This document shows, in pieces, positions 46,335 through 56,250 of a DNA stretch of 64,000 bases. The notes under the pieces were generated by a model. That model ran no database searches and was not told where the DNA came from. It saw nothing but the letters and a program-made list of their open reading frames with translations. Each line of letters begins with the position of its first letter. Positions within the stretch are counted from its first letter, which is position 1. The stretch comes from Thermoplasmata archaeon (GTDB lineage Archaea > Thermoplasmatota > Thermoplasmata > Lutacidiplasmatales > UBA184), in contig JAKIWL010000002.1 of assembly GCA_022750055.1 (NCBI GenBank), forward strand, positions 21,042-85,041. The letters run 5' to 3'. The translations under genes and the position numbers were made by a program.

Positions 46335-49300
46335 ATGACGGAAGCGCGGAACCTGTCCCTATCGGAGCACCCAATGCACAACCCGAAGGCGATGTCCATG
46401 CCGACCGCGATCGTGGTGATGGCGGTCGTCCTCGTCGTCGTGGGAGCCGGCTCGTACGCCGCCTTCAGCGGTCAGAAGCCGACAACCGCGACGAGCCAGT
46501 CATGTGTTCCCGTCAACAGCCCCGCCTGTGTCGCCATCGCGGCGAACCACGACGTAGCCGTGCTGTCGCCGTTCGCGGCGGCTCAAACTGGTCAAACCAT
46601 TCCGTTTTCAGCTATCCTTCCAACCGGTGCGAGCGCGACCAGCGTCACGTTCAACTTTGGCGACGGCTCAACGTCCGTCGCATCAAGCTCGACCTCCGCG
46701 ACCCACTCCTACAGCGCTCCGGGTACCTACATCATCTCGGTCCAGGCGACCATCAAGGGCGCGGTCCATGACAACTACAACCACCTCGAGGCTGTCTCCA
46801 TCACCGCTACCTCGGCGTCCGGCACGAGCTCTAACGTCCCGGCCGTATCGGGAAAGGTGACGGCGAACTCGACGCCCGGCACCGGCGCTCCCTCGGCTGT
46901 CATCGGCCCCGGCGGAACAATCACGTTCGCGGGCGCATATACAGCCAGCCCGAGCAACCCGCTCTTTGTCATCACCGCCCCGTCAATTACGGCCTCCGGG
47001 ACCGGCGTCACGGTGGGGACCCCAACGGTCACGCCGACCACGGCAGCGGCTACGGTCACCTTCTCGAATTCGGGGGTCTTCACCGTTACCTTCGTCGGGA
47101 GTTCGGTGGACTCGAGCGCGACGCCGCCGGTTACGGCCACGCAGGACTACGTGTGGACGGCGTTCGTGGCGCCGACCGGAGTCCACGCATCGGCCGGGGG
47201 ATCCTCCTCCGTCTCCCCACACAAGGGCCAGCTGCAAGTCTACGAGCTCGTCCCCGGCGGGTCGCGTACGCACGACCCATCGACGGAATACGATAGCGCG
47301 AGCGGAGAAGTGGTCTCCAACCTGTATCAGACGCTGATCCAGTACAATGGGAGCGCCGCCGGCCCGGACCCGAACGACTTCGTCCCCGATGGGGCGGCTT
47401 GCGTCCCGGGTGCCGGCCAATGCGGTACCCTGTTCCCCGACGCCCCAGCCACCGCGGGGACGGACCTCGTGAACCCTGCGACGGGCGCCTATACCTTCGT
47501 CCTGACCTCGAGCTCTCAATTCTACGACGCGAAGTCGGGGAAGAACTGGGGGGTCTACCCGTCGGACGTGCTGTTCACGCTGGTCCGGACCGAGGCGTTC
47601 TCGAACCTGCCCTTCTTCGGCGCCAACAACGGCTGGCTGACCTCCCAGGCCCTGCTGAACGGTGGCTCCAGTTCGTGGGATGGCGGGATACACGGGAACT
47701 TCAACAACACGCCGTCGAACTCGTTCAGTTCCATCCTCGTCAACGCCTCGGCGTACTGTCCGCCGAGCGCCCTGTCCAACCCGAGCTATCACGGCTGCGT
47801 CACGTTCCTCGCCAAGGCGAACGGATTGAGCTGGCCGTTCTTCCTCGAACTGATCGCCGATCCCACCGGTACAGGCATCGAGCCCTGCGGATGGTTCAGC
47901 GCCTCGGCGCAGGGCGCGGGAGTTCCGGACTGGACGGCGACGTCCGAGTACGCCTCGGGTTCCGGTGACCGCCCTTGCCTGCTGCCGGGGGATGTGACCT
48001 CCACGGATGCGGGCGCGTTCACGACCGCCGTCAACAAGATGGGGGCCACCGACTGGGATAGCTGGCAGAACGCCGGCTCGGCGTCCCCGTACGTCGGCAA
48101 CGTCCAGTTCAACAGTGTCGGCAGCGGACCGTACTACATGCAGAACCTGGTCATCGGGGCGAGCTACAAGCTGGCCGCGAACCCGGCGTACGTCGCGAAC
48201 CCGACCTGCACCTGGACCGGCTGCATGCCCGCGAAGAACGGCTACCCCACGACGGTGACCGTGATCTGGGAGCCGTCGTCGATCGAGGGCGAGCAGGCCT
48301 ATCAGGCCGGCACGTCGGACGCGTCGTCCATCCCGACCACGGAGACGGCGATCATGCTCCAGCTGCTCCAACAGGGGAAGATCCAGGCCGTGGAGGCTCC
48401 AACCATCTCGATCTACTTCTGGCCGATGAACTTCAACTTCAACCTGGCCTCGGCCCAGAAGTACACGACGAACCCGATCACCGTCCCGTCGGACTTCTTC
48501 AGTCACCAGGGCGTCCGTCAGTTCTTCGTCCACGCCTTCCCATACGGGACCGTCCAGTCGACGATCAACACCGTCGATGGGATCACCTTCAACTTCGGCT
48601 TTGGAGGCGCCATTCCGAAGTTCATGGGTGCCTACTACCCGACCAACGTCTCGTGGCCCCAGGGCGATCCGTCGTCCAATGCGAACCTCGTCGGCTCTGC
48701 GGCTTGGTGGTGGGCGCAGTCCACCACCCCAGGCACACCCTACTACGATTCGGAGCTGACGTCGTGCACGACCTCGAGCCCGTGCACGGTGCCCTGGTTC
48801 GGCGAGACCGGTGCGCCCAACGTCGATGAGATGGGCGCGCTGCTGCAGTCGGAGGTTAGCGCCCTGTCGGGCGGCCGCCTGAAGGTCACCACGCTCGACA
48901 TCAACTTCGCCAACCTCGTCGGCAACATCAACTCCCCGTCGGGACAGAACCCCATGCCGATGTACCAGCTCGGATGGGCGCCGGACTATCCGGACCCTAC
49001 GGACTACGTGGCCCCGCTCTATCAATCGCCGGGACCCTATACAAGTCCGAACGCTGTCGGTCCGGAGCTGGCGCTTCCGGTGTACAACCAGGCCTCCTAT
49101 CCGGGAGGGAGCTGCCCGAGCGCGACGGACTACGTCGGGTTCGCCCACATGGTCGAGTCGATGGGCGGGATCCCCGATGCGTGCCAGGGACATGCCTACG
49201 CGGCCATGGAGTACGCGATGTCGATCGCCGCGGTCGAGTCACCCGGAGCCCCGCGCGTCCTGCTCTACAACTTCGTCGAGCAGATCGCGAACGGACTCGC

Positions 49301-49442
49301 GCTCTACGTCTACTGGGGACAGACCAACCTCGTCTTCACGGCCGCCCCGTGGATCGACCCGTCGACCCCGAACACGTCGGTCATGTTCGGCGGCGGGAAC
49401 GAGCAGACCTGGTGGACCTGGAACGGGAACGGGGTCGTATAG
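46335..49442 (+). CDS. Large family-5 (peptide/nickel) ABC substrate-binding protein with an N-terminal PKD domain
   Basis: N-terminal TM anchor, PKD (FNFGDG...HSYSAPGTY), DPSTEYD....VVSNLYQTLIQY, VGSGPY, GWAPDYPDPTDY. Confidence 0.85.
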   Translation: MTEARNLSLSEHPMHNPKAMSMPTAIVVMAVVLVVVGAGSYAAFSGQKPTTATSQSCVPVNSPACVAIAANHDVAVLSPFAAAQTGQTIPFSAILPTGASATSVTFNFGDGSTSVASSSTSATHSYSAPGTYIISVQATIKGAVHDNYNHLEAVSITATSASGTSSNVPAVSGKVTANSTPGTGAPSAVIGPGGTITFAGAYTASPSNPLFVITAPSITASGTGVTVGTPTVTPTTAAATVTFSNSGVFTVTFVGSSVDSSATPPVTATQDYVWTAFVAPTGVHASAGGSSSVSPHKGQLQVYELVPGGSRTHDPSTEYDSASGEVVSNLYQTLIQYNGSAAGPDPNDFVPDGAACVPGAGQCGTLFPDAPATAGTDLVNPATGAYTFVLTSSSQFYDAKSGKNWGVYPSDVLFTLVRTEAFSNLPFFGANNGWLTSQALLNGGSSSWDGGIHGNFNNTPSNSFSSILVNASAYCPPSALSNPSYHGCVTFLAKANGLSWPFFLELIADPTGTGIEPCGWFSASAQGAGVPDWTATSEYASGSGDRPCLLPGDVTSTDAGAFTTAVNKMGATDWDSWQNAGSASPYVGNVQFNSVGSGPYYMQNLVIGASYKLAANPAYVANPTCTWTGCMPAKNGYPTTVTVIWEPSSIEGEQAYQAGTSDASSIPTTETAIMLQLLQQGKIQAVEAPTISIYFWPMNFNFNLASAQKYTTNPITVPSDFFSHQGVRQFFVHAFPYGTVQSTINTVDGITFNFGFGGAIPKFMGAYYPTNVSWPQGDPSSNANLVGSAAWWWAQSTTPGTPYYDSELTSCTTSSPCTVPWFGETGAPNVDEMGALLQSEVSALSGGRLKVTTLDINFANLVGNINSPSGQNPMPMYQLGWAPDYPDPTDYVAPLYQSPGPYTSPNAVGPELALPVYNQASYPGGSCPSATDYVGFAHMVESMGGIPDACQGHAYAAMEYAMSIAAVESPGAPRVLLYNFVEQIANGLALYVYWGQTNLVFTAAPWIDPSTPNTSVMFGGGNEQTWWTWNGNGVV

Positions 49443-49525
49443 GAACCCCGAGTCCCCGAGCCAACCTTTTCCCGGCGTCGTGGATAGGATCGTCCCGGCT
49501 GAAAACCCGGGGCGGCCTGCCTATT

Positions 49526-50011
49526 CTAAAGGAACTCCCTAGGATCGGGTCCTTCAGTGGGACCCGGGGCGAGGCCCTTGCGTCGGCGCTCCGCGGTCTC
49601 GGTCCACCGACCATATGGGAATGGATGCAACCCCCTCCGCAAGCGCGCGCCCCATGCCGAGCCAGCGGGCTCAGAGGGAGGCGCGTGGGCCCCGGTGGTA
49701 CCGGATCGATCGGCGAACGAGGCCGGGGTGTCCCCGTAGGAGCGCGGGTGGTACCAGAGGTACTGCCAGAGAAGGTGCTCTAGATACAGAGCGAGCGCGA
49801 GGGAGCCGACCAGGCCGGGCCAATTGGGGGGTGGTCCGAGCCAGGAGGCAAAGATGATCCCATCCGAGATCAGGAACCCTAGGCCGAGGTAGGTCTTGGC
49901 AAAGCTCGACGCGAGCCAGACCCTCCAGGGCGGACCTGGGTCGTGGAGGGCACGCTCCTTCTCTTCAGGGTCGATCTTCGGGAGCCCGAACCAACCGCGT
50001 CCGGCGGACAT
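49526..50011 (-). CDS. Hypothetical two-TM membrane protein
   Basis: Two hydrophobic segments, Trp-rich, 15 nt downstream of oppF on the same strand. Confidence 0.55.
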   Translation of the reverse strand: MSAGRGWFGLPKIDPEEKERALHDPGPPWRVWLASSFAKTYLGLGFLISDGIIFASWLGPPPNWPGLVGSLALALYLEHLLWQYLWYHPRSYGDTPASFADRSGTTGAHAPPSEPAGSAWGARLRRGLHPFPYGRWTETAERRRKGLAPGPTEGPDPREFL

Positions 50012-50026
50012 TGCCTCGCATCCCGG

Positions 50027-51277
50027 TCAGCGGCCCGCCCCGGGTCCTTCCGGGACGAGCGAGGGAGCCGTCCCAGGGAACGGGGTGGAGAGCGCGCCGG
50101 CCGAACTCGGTAGGGCCGCCGACGGGGCGTTGGTGGCAGCGCCGGGGCCGAGAGAGGGCTGGCCCGGATACAGGTGGCAGGCGGCAAAGTGCCCGGGTCG
50201 GACCTCGAGAAGACGAGGCTCGACCTTCGGGCAGATCGGCATGACCGCCGGGCAACGCGTGTGGAACCGGCAGCCCGAAGGTGGGGCGGCCGGGCTCGGC
50301 ACGTCCCCCTTCAGGATGATCCGCTCCCGATGCAGGGTCGGGTCGGGGACCGGGATGGCGGCCAGCAACGCCTGGGTGTACGGGTGAAGCGGCCGGGAGA
50401 ACAGATCCTCGGTCGGGGCCCACTCCACGACCTGGCCGAGGTACATCACGACGACCTTTCGGCTCATCGCGCGAACCACCGACAGGTGGTGGGAGATGAA
50501 CAGGTAGGCGAGCCGCTGTTCGCTCTGCAGTCGTCTGAGGATGTTGAGGATCTGGGCCTGGACCGACACGTCGAGAGCGCTCGTCGGTTCGTCGAGCACG
50601 ATGAAGTCCGGGCGCATCGCGAGGGCCCGGGCGATGCCGATCCGCTGTCGCTGGCCCCCGGAGAACTCATGGGGGAATCGCCACAGGTGGTCGGGGTTGA
50701 GGCCGACGGCCGTCATCAGCTCGGCCACCCGCTGATAGCGCTGCGCCCGAGTGCCGATGTGGTGGATCGTGAGGGGCTCGCCGACGACGTCTCGCACCAG
50801 CATCCGGGGACTGAGCGAGGAGAACGGATCCTGGAAGACGATCTGGAGCTTCCCGCGGAGCTTGTGCATCGCGCCGCTCGACTTGCGATACAGGGAGTAG
50901 GTTCGGGCGATCGTGTCGATCTCACGGAGGGCGCTCAGCGCCTCTGGCGAGGACGGCACCTCCCCGTCGGGGCCGCCCCGTAGCGACTCGAGGGTCCCAT
51001 AGAGGGCGTTGAGGCGGCCCATCACCGCTCCGTCGGGTCGGTAGAAGGTGTGCCCGCTCGTCGGGTCGAGCAGTCGGAGGATGAGACGGCCGACCGTGGT
51101 CTTTCCGCAGCCGGATTCCCCCACGAGCCCGACGGTCTCGGCCTCGTGGATGTCGAAGGAGACCCCGTCGACCGCGCGGACGTCCCCGATGTGCTGGGAG
51201 AACAGCCCCCCGCGGATCGGGAAGTACTTTCTTAGGTTTCGGACCGACAGGAGCACTGGGCTCGAGCCGTTATCCAT
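50027..51277 (-). CDS. oppF: Oligopeptide ABC ATPase (OppF/DppF-like)
   Basis: [55 protein letters not shown]. Confidence 0.9.
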   Translation of the reverse strand: MDNGSSPVLLSVRNLRKYFPIRGGLFSQHIGDVRAVDGVSFDIHEAETVGLVGESGCGKTTVGRLILRLLDPTSGHTFYRPDGAVMGRLNALYGTLESLRGGPDGEVPSSPEALSALREIDTIARTYSLYRKSSGAMHKLRGKLQIVFQDPFSSLSPRMLVRDVVGEPLTIHHIGTRAQRYQRVAELMTAVGLNPDHLWRFPHEFSGGQRQRIGIARALAMRPDFIVLDEPTSALDVSVQAQILNILRRLQSEQRLAYLFISHHLSVVRAMSRKVVVMYLGQVVEWAPTEDLFSRPLHPYTQALLAAIPVPDPTLHRERIILKGDVPSPAAPPSGCRFHTRCPAVMPICPKVEPRLLEVRPGHFAACHLYPGQPSLGPGAATNAPSAALPSSAGALSTPFPGTAPSLVPEGPGAGR

Positions 51278-51289
51278 TCGACCGCGCCC

Positions 51290-52906
51290 CTACAGGTCCC
51301 CGGGTTCGGGCTCGGGCCCGTGGTAGAGGAAGCAGGCGACCCGGTGACCCTCCCCCTCGATCGTCATCGGCGGCCGAGTCTCCTTGCAGATGAGCATGGC
51401 CTGGGGACAGCGAGGATGGAATCGGCACCCGGAGGGGGGATAAATGAGATTGGGCACCGAACCGGGGATCGACTCGAGCTTCTTTCCCGGGTCGTCGAGG
51501 CGCGGGATCGAGGCGAGCAGGCCCTGGGTATAGGGGTGCAACGGGCGCTGAAACAGCGTTCGCACCGGCGCGACCTCGACGACGTTGCCCGCGTACATCA
51601 CGCAGACGCGGTCGGCGACCTCGGCGATGACCCCGAGGTCGTGGGTGATGAGCAGGATCGCCGTCCCGGCGCGCGACTTGAGGTCGCGCATCAGGTCGAG
51701 GATCTGGGCCTGGATGGTCACGTCGAGCGCCGTCGTCGGCTCGTCGGCGATGAGCAGCTCCGGTTCGGCCGAGAGGGCCATGGCGATCATCACCCGTTGG
51801 ATCATGCCGCCGGACAGTTCGTGGGGGTATCCGCGCGCTACCTGGACGGGGTTCGCGATCGAGACCCCTTCGAGGTGGCCGACACTCTGCCAGAAGAGCT
51901 CCTCGGTGAGGGGCCGCCGGGCCGCGCGCTTGACGAACGGCAGACCGAAGTACCCTCCCTGCAGCTTCAGGGCAAGGCGGCGGGACGACAGCGCCCTTCG
52001 CTGTTTCCGGGCCAGGCGCTCGTGGCGCATCTCCTCGAGGTAGACCTCCTTGTGGGCCTGCAGGTTCTCGATCAGCCGTCGCTCGCTCTTGAGGTAGGAA
52101 CGCTGGAATCCCGACAGACGTGCGCGGCGCAGTGCCTTTTCCAACAGGGGTCTCTTCGCCTGGTCGGCGCGCGTCCCCCGGAGGATGTAGTAGGCCTGGG
52201 TGCCGAGCGACGGGAGCCGGGTCGCTCGTCCGATCGCGTCGGCCGCCGACCGCATGGCCTCCGGAGGGCTCGATCGGGAGACCTTCAGGGCTGCGTCGAC
52301 CGCCCCCTCCACTTCCGGACCCCGGCTCCGGGCGTTCAGCAGGCGCTCGATGATCTCGCCCCCCCGGTGAAGGACGAGCGCCTCCCCGATCTGGTCGGAG
52401 ATCGAGAAGATCGGATTGAGGGCGGACATCGGTTCCTGGAAGATCATCGAGATCCCGCCCCCGCGGATGGCGGTCATGCGATCGAGGGCCTGTCGGATCC
52501 GTCGGTATCGACGGGTCACCTTGACACGATTCGTTTTGCGGACCGGCTTGAAACGCGCCTCGTCTTGAACCCCCCACAATAGGTTCGCCCCGTCAAATCG
52601 GACCGACCCGTCCATGATCCGGCCCGGCGGGTCGGCGATCAAACGGGTGATCGAGAAGGCGGTCACCGATTTTCCACAGCCGGTCTCCCCGACCAGACCG
52701 AGCGTCTCCCCGCGCCGGATGTGGAAGGTGACGCCGTCGAGCGCCTTCACGACCCCGTCGTAGGTGAAGAAGTAGGTCCGCAGATTGCGAACCTCGAGGA
52801 TCTTCTCCTGCGCGGAGGCGGGCGGCGAGGGGGTCGCCATGGCCGTCTCGACCTCGGCGAGCGGGGCCGGCCCCGAATCGCCAAGGGCGTTGTCTTCTCC
52901 CACCAT
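51290..52906 (-). CDS. oppD: Oligopeptide ABC ATPase (OppD/DppD-like) with large insertions
   Basis: [54 protein letters not shown]. 538 aa, well above the usual ~330. Confidence 0.9.
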   Translation of the reverse strand: MVGEDNALGDSGPAPLAEVETAMATPSPPASAQEKILEVRNLRTYFFTYDGVVKALDGVTFHIRRGETLGLVGETGCGKSVTAFSITRLIADPPGRIMDGSVRFDGANLLWGVQDEARFKPVRKTNRVKVTRRYRRIRQALDRMTAIRGGGISMIFQEPMSALNPIFSISDQIGEALVLHRGGEIIERLLNARSRGPEVEGAVDAALKVSRSSPPEAMRSAADAIGRATRLPSLGTQAYYILRGTRADQAKRPLLEKALRRARLSGFQRSYLKSERRLIENLQAHKEVYLEEMRHERLARKQRRALSSRRLALKLQGGYFGLPFVKRAARRPLTEELFWQSVGHLEGVSIANPVQVARGYPHELSGGMIQRVMIAMALSAEPELLIADEPTTALDVTIQAQILDLMRDLKSRAGTAILLITHDLGVIAEVADRVCVMYAGNVVEVAPVRTLFQRPLHPYTQGLLASIPRLDDPGKKLESIPGSVPNLIYPPSGCRFHPRCPQAMLICKETRPPMTIEGEGHRVACFLYHGPEPEPGDL

Positions 52907-52937
52907 CGGGGGCCGGGACGCGACGGCGGCCGTCGGC

Positions 52938-54074
52938 CTATCTCCTCAGCCGGGGATCGAGGGCGTCCCGCAGTCCGTCCGATAGGAAGTTCACCGAGAT
53001 CGCGAACAGGAACAGTACGAGACCGGGGAACAGGACCTGCCACCAGGGGAAGACGCACGGCCCCCCCGAACAGAGCGTCAGCTGAGCCGGCAGGGTGATG
53101 ACCGAGAGCGCGGCGAGGGTCCCCCACTCAGGGAAGTAGAGCGTCGGAAAGATGTTGAAGCCGAGGAACACGATGCCGCCCAAGGCGAGCGGGATCGACC
53201 CGACGTCGAGCGACATCTGCACGAAGACCGGATACATGGAGTTCGGGATGATGTGTCTCAGGATGATCCGACCACTTCGGGCGCCGCTCGCCTTCGAGGC
53301 CTCGACGTACTTCTGTTCTCGGGTCACGAGAACCTGGCCTCGGACGATCCGCGTGTAGAGCGGCCACCACGTGATGATGAACGCTCCCATCAGAACGACG
53401 ATCCGACCCTCCAACGTAGAGATGGTCGAGCCGATCACCGCGAGGATGACGAGGATCAGCAGCAGCCCGGGGATGGACAGGAAGATGTCGGTGAAGCGCA
53501 TCACGATCTCGTCGGTGTACCCGCCGAAGTACCCGGCGATGGCGCCCAGCATCAGTCCGATCAGCGCGCCCGTCCCGACGATCCCGGCGGAGATGCCCAG
53601 GGACCATTCGGCGCCCTTGACGATCCCGTCGAACGGATTGTAGAAGTACGGGTTGCTCGAGTCGATGCTCAGCGAACCGAACGGCAGCGGTCCGAGAGTA
53701 TGACGGGCCAGATCGACGGTGGGAGCGATCTGGGAGGGATTGAGGGACTCCACCGGATAGCAGTTCGGCCCGGGGGGCGCACTGCCGCTCGGATAGGTAC
53801 ACACCGTCGTCTTCGGATACAGCGAACACGCCGGATTCCCCTGCCCGCCGCTCGTCGTCGTGCCACAGTACCCCGCGAGCTTGTCGCTGGGCGCTGGGTA
53901 AAAGAATCCCCAGACGGCGACGACGAGAAAGAACAGAATGATCGCGAGTCCCACGATCGCGAGCGTGTTCCGAGAGAGGAAGTAAACGGTCCGCTTGATC
54001 TGGGCGAGCTGGGGGCTGGGTCGCCTCCCGGCCCGGGTGGGCGTCGCAGGGGTCGACGCGGGGGGCGTGGTCAT
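52938..54074 (-). CDS. oppC: Oligopeptide ABC permease (OppC-like)
   Basis: GYFGG.TDE.VMR.TDIFLSIP, YVEASKASGA, RHIIPN, PEWG, DGLRDALDP. Confidence 0.92.
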   Translation of the reverse strand: MTTPPASTPATPTRAGRRPSPQLAQIKRTVYFLSRNTLAIVGLAIILFFLVVAVWGFFYPAPSDKLAGYCGTTTSGGQGNPACSLYPKTTVCTYPSGSAPPGPNCYPVESLNPSQIAPTVDLARHTLGPLPFGSLSIDSSNPYFYNPFDGIVKGAEWSLGISAGIVGTGALIGLMLGAIAGYFGGYTDEIVMRFTDIFLSIPGLLLILVILAVIGSTISTLEGRIVVLMGAFIITWWPLYTRIVRGQVLVTREQKYVEASKASGARSGRIILRHIIPNSMYPVFVQMSLDVGSIPLALGGIVFLGFNIFPTLYFPEWGTLAALSVITLPAQLTLCSGGPCVFPWWQVLFPGLVLFLFAISVNFLSDGLRDALDPRLRR

Positions 54075-54080
54075 TCGAGG

Positions 54081-55253
54081 TCACCCCAGCCGGACGCGCG
54101 GGTCGAGGTACGCGTAGAGAACGTCGACGATGATGTTCGCCGCCACCACGATGATGGTAAAGAGCAGGACGGAGCCGAAGATCAGCCCGAAATCGAACTG
54201 AGGCTGGATCGAATAGGTCAGGAGGAGACCGACCCCGTTCAGGTGGAACACATCCTCGATGATCGGGAAGCCTCCGATGAACCCGGCGAACGTGAGCCCG
54301 AGGATCGTGACCGTGACGTTGAGCGAGTTGCGGCCGGCGTGCTTGCGGACCACGGCCGATTCGGGCACCCCCTTCGCCCGGGCGGTTCGGACGAAATCCA
54401 GGTTCATGACCTCGAGCATGCTGTTGCGCACGAACCGCAGGATGATGGCGATCGAGCCGTAAGCGATCGTCACGGCGGGCAGGATCAGCCGGACCAGGGT
54501 ATCGCCCGCCAAGGCATACTGCCCATGATAGATCGCGTCGACGGTCGGGAATCCAGTCGGGCTCGTCTGACCGTGGGATCCCATCCAGCTGTACGTTCCG
54601 CAGGAAGTGGGCGGCCAGGAGTTGTACAGGTGTTGGAAGGCGAAGTACGTGTTGCCGCACTCCAGCGGAAGGGCGCTGAGCAGTGCGGTGAACCCGAGGA
54701 GAAGGAGCGAGGCGAGCAGGAATCCCGGGAGGGCGAAACCGGAGAACGACATCAAACGAGCGGCTTGGTCCACCGGACGGTTGCGGTAGACGGCCGAGTA
54801 GTTTCCGAGGGGGATGGCGAGCACGAGGATGAGGAACAGCGAGAGGGCCGCCAACTCGAGGGTATAGGGTAGATACCACGATAGGACCTCGGCGATCGGG
54901 ATGGAGGAGGCCCCGAGGAGGAGTCCGCTCGCCTTGCTCCCTGCATCGCTCGCCCCCCAATTGAGGGTCAAGCTATTCTCCATGTAGATCGCCCACTGGA
55001 CGTACTTGGGTTTGTCGAGACCGAGCTGGTGGAGGTCGTGATAGTACACCGGATTCCGACACGTTCCGTTCCCGAGTCCGAGGGTGGAGCAGTCCACCGT
55101 GGGCGTCAGCGGGATCCGGCCGGTCCCGAAATGCGAGACCAGTTGATCGTGTACCGGGAGGGACGCCGTGATCACGAACGTGATCGTCATGACCCCGATG
55201 ATGACCGGGACGAGGAGGATCAGTCGGCGGACCAGGTAGATCCACATCTTCAT
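54081..55253 (-). CDS. oppB: Oligopeptide ABC permease (OppB-like)
   Basis: YLVRRL, LGLDKP.YVQ, LP.TLEL, DFVRTARAKG, KHAGRNSL, DVLYAYLDPRVR. Confidence 0.92.
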   Translation of the reverse strand: MKMWIYLVRRLILLVPVIIGVMTITFVITASLPVHDQLVSHFGTGRIPLTPTVDCSTLGLGNGTCRNPVYYHDLHQLGLDKPKYVQWAIYMENSLTLNWGASDAGSKASGLLLGASSIPIAEVLSWYLPYTLELAALSLFLILVLAIPLGNYSAVYRNRPVDQAARLMSFSGFALPGFLLASLLLLGFTALLSALPLECGNTYFAFQHLYNSWPPTSCGTYSWMGSHGQTSPTGFPTVDAIYHGQYALAGDTLVRLILPAVTIAYGSIAIILRFVRNSMLEVMNLDFVRTARAKGVPESAVVRKHAGRNSLNVTVTILGLTFAGFIGGFPIIEDVFHLNGVGLLLTYSIQPQFDFGLIFGSVLLFTIIVVAANIIVDVLYAYLDPRVRLG

Positions 55254-55312
55254 GCCCGACTCCCCCCCCGTCGACCCGCCCGGCCGGATCGGCACGGGTC
55301 GATTCGGACCCC

Positions 55313-55321
55313 TATATATAT
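55313..55321 (-). promoter_or_regulatory. TATA box of the oppBCDF operon
   Basis: ATATATATA about 60 nt upstream of the oppB ATG, with a G-rich SD-like element near the start. Confidence 0.6.
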
Positions 55322-55355
55322 GGATTGTAATGCGGGGGCGTTTCCGTCGGGAGAC

Positions 55356-55697
55356 TCACAACAGTGGCAAGGAACCGGTCAGTCGGTCGATCTCCGAGGC
55401 CCGGGCCGGCCCGAGTCCGAGCACGGTTCGGGTTCCCGGCGGAACCTCGGTGAGACCGGCGTCTTCCACGAATACCGTCGGGACCCCAAGGGATCGGGCC
55501 TTGCGTTCGATGCCCTGCATCTCGGCGAGCGACTCGGCCACGACCGCGATCTTCTTCTGACCTTCGGCCTCCCATCGAGCGAGTGTAGAGCGCTCCCTCG
55601 CACGAGCGGAGAGCGCGAGCAGAACCGCGGCATGGGCCACCTGTACGGCCGCCTTTCCCGCGGTGAGGCGTAGCTCGCCCCGTACGACCAGGACCAT
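55356..55697 (-). CDS. pth2: Peptidyl-tRNA hydrolase Pth2
   Basis: MVLVVR.EL....GK.A.QVAHAA, W...GQKKI, DAGLTEV.PGT.TVLGLGP, ID.LTG.L.LL. Confidence 0.95.
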   Translation of the reverse strand: MVLVVRGELRLTAGKAAVQVAHAAVLLALSARARERSTLARWEAEGQKKIAVVAESLAEMQGIERKARSLGVPTVFVEDAGLTEVPPGTRTVLGLGPARASEIDRLTGSLPLL

Positions 55698-55713
55698 CTT
55701 GTACGAGGCGGAC

Positions 55714-56250
55714 TCAGGCGCTCGCGTATTCTTCCTCCCGTTTGGCCCGAAGCTGGGCCGCCTCGGCCTGTATCCGAGCGAGCTCTTCAACCCAGGGGGC
55801 CGATCGGACCGCATCGGCGCCGGCCGTCCGGATCCGATGCTTCAGGGATCGTTCCGAGCGGGCCAGTTCGTCCAGACGGCGGATCAGTACCATCGGATCC
55901 GAGCCGCCGGTCCCGGATTCCGTCCTGCGGGCGGGGGGCGGCACGCGGGCAAAGGACCCTCGGAACGCCGCCACCCCGAAGGCGACCGCGGTCACCGCCC
56001 CAAGCGTCTCCTCGACGAGCGGATCCGACCAGCCGGCCTGGACCCCTATCGGGGTCCCGAGCCACGCGAACGCTACGAGGATCGTGATCGCGACGCTGAG
56101 CACGATGCTCGAGGTCAGTTGCTCGAGGAGGTTCTTCAGAGAGACCGGGCGGAACACACGCCGCTCCGGGAAGAGGGCGCGTGTCACGCCGAAGCCCGGG
56201 AGGAGGAAGAGGAGGAGCAGCCCGACGATCACCTCCCACGTTTCGGTCAC
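55714..56250 (-). CDS. DUF1616-like membrane protein with a C-terminal coiled coil
   Basis: LFLLPGF...RALFP, E.L..SIVLS.AI. GTG overlaps the srp54 stop. Confidence 0.65.
   Translation of the reverse strand: MTETWEVIVGLLLLFLLPGFGVTRALFPERRVFRPVSLKNLLEQLTSSIVLSVAITILVAFAWLGTPIGVQAGWSDPLVEETLGAVTAVAFGVAAFRGSFARVPPPARRTESGTGGSDPMVLIRRLDELARSERSLKHRIRTAGADAVRSAPWVEELARIQAEAAQLRAKREEEYASA

Noticed and set aside
46983-49193. 736-aa antisense ORF, and similar ones at 36192-38105, 53128-54960 and 53253-54872
   Set aside because: Shadows of well-supported genes caused by codon bias.
51890-52370. Intein in OppD
   Set aside because: No N-terminal Cys/Ser block, no His-Asn end and no LAGLIDADG motif.
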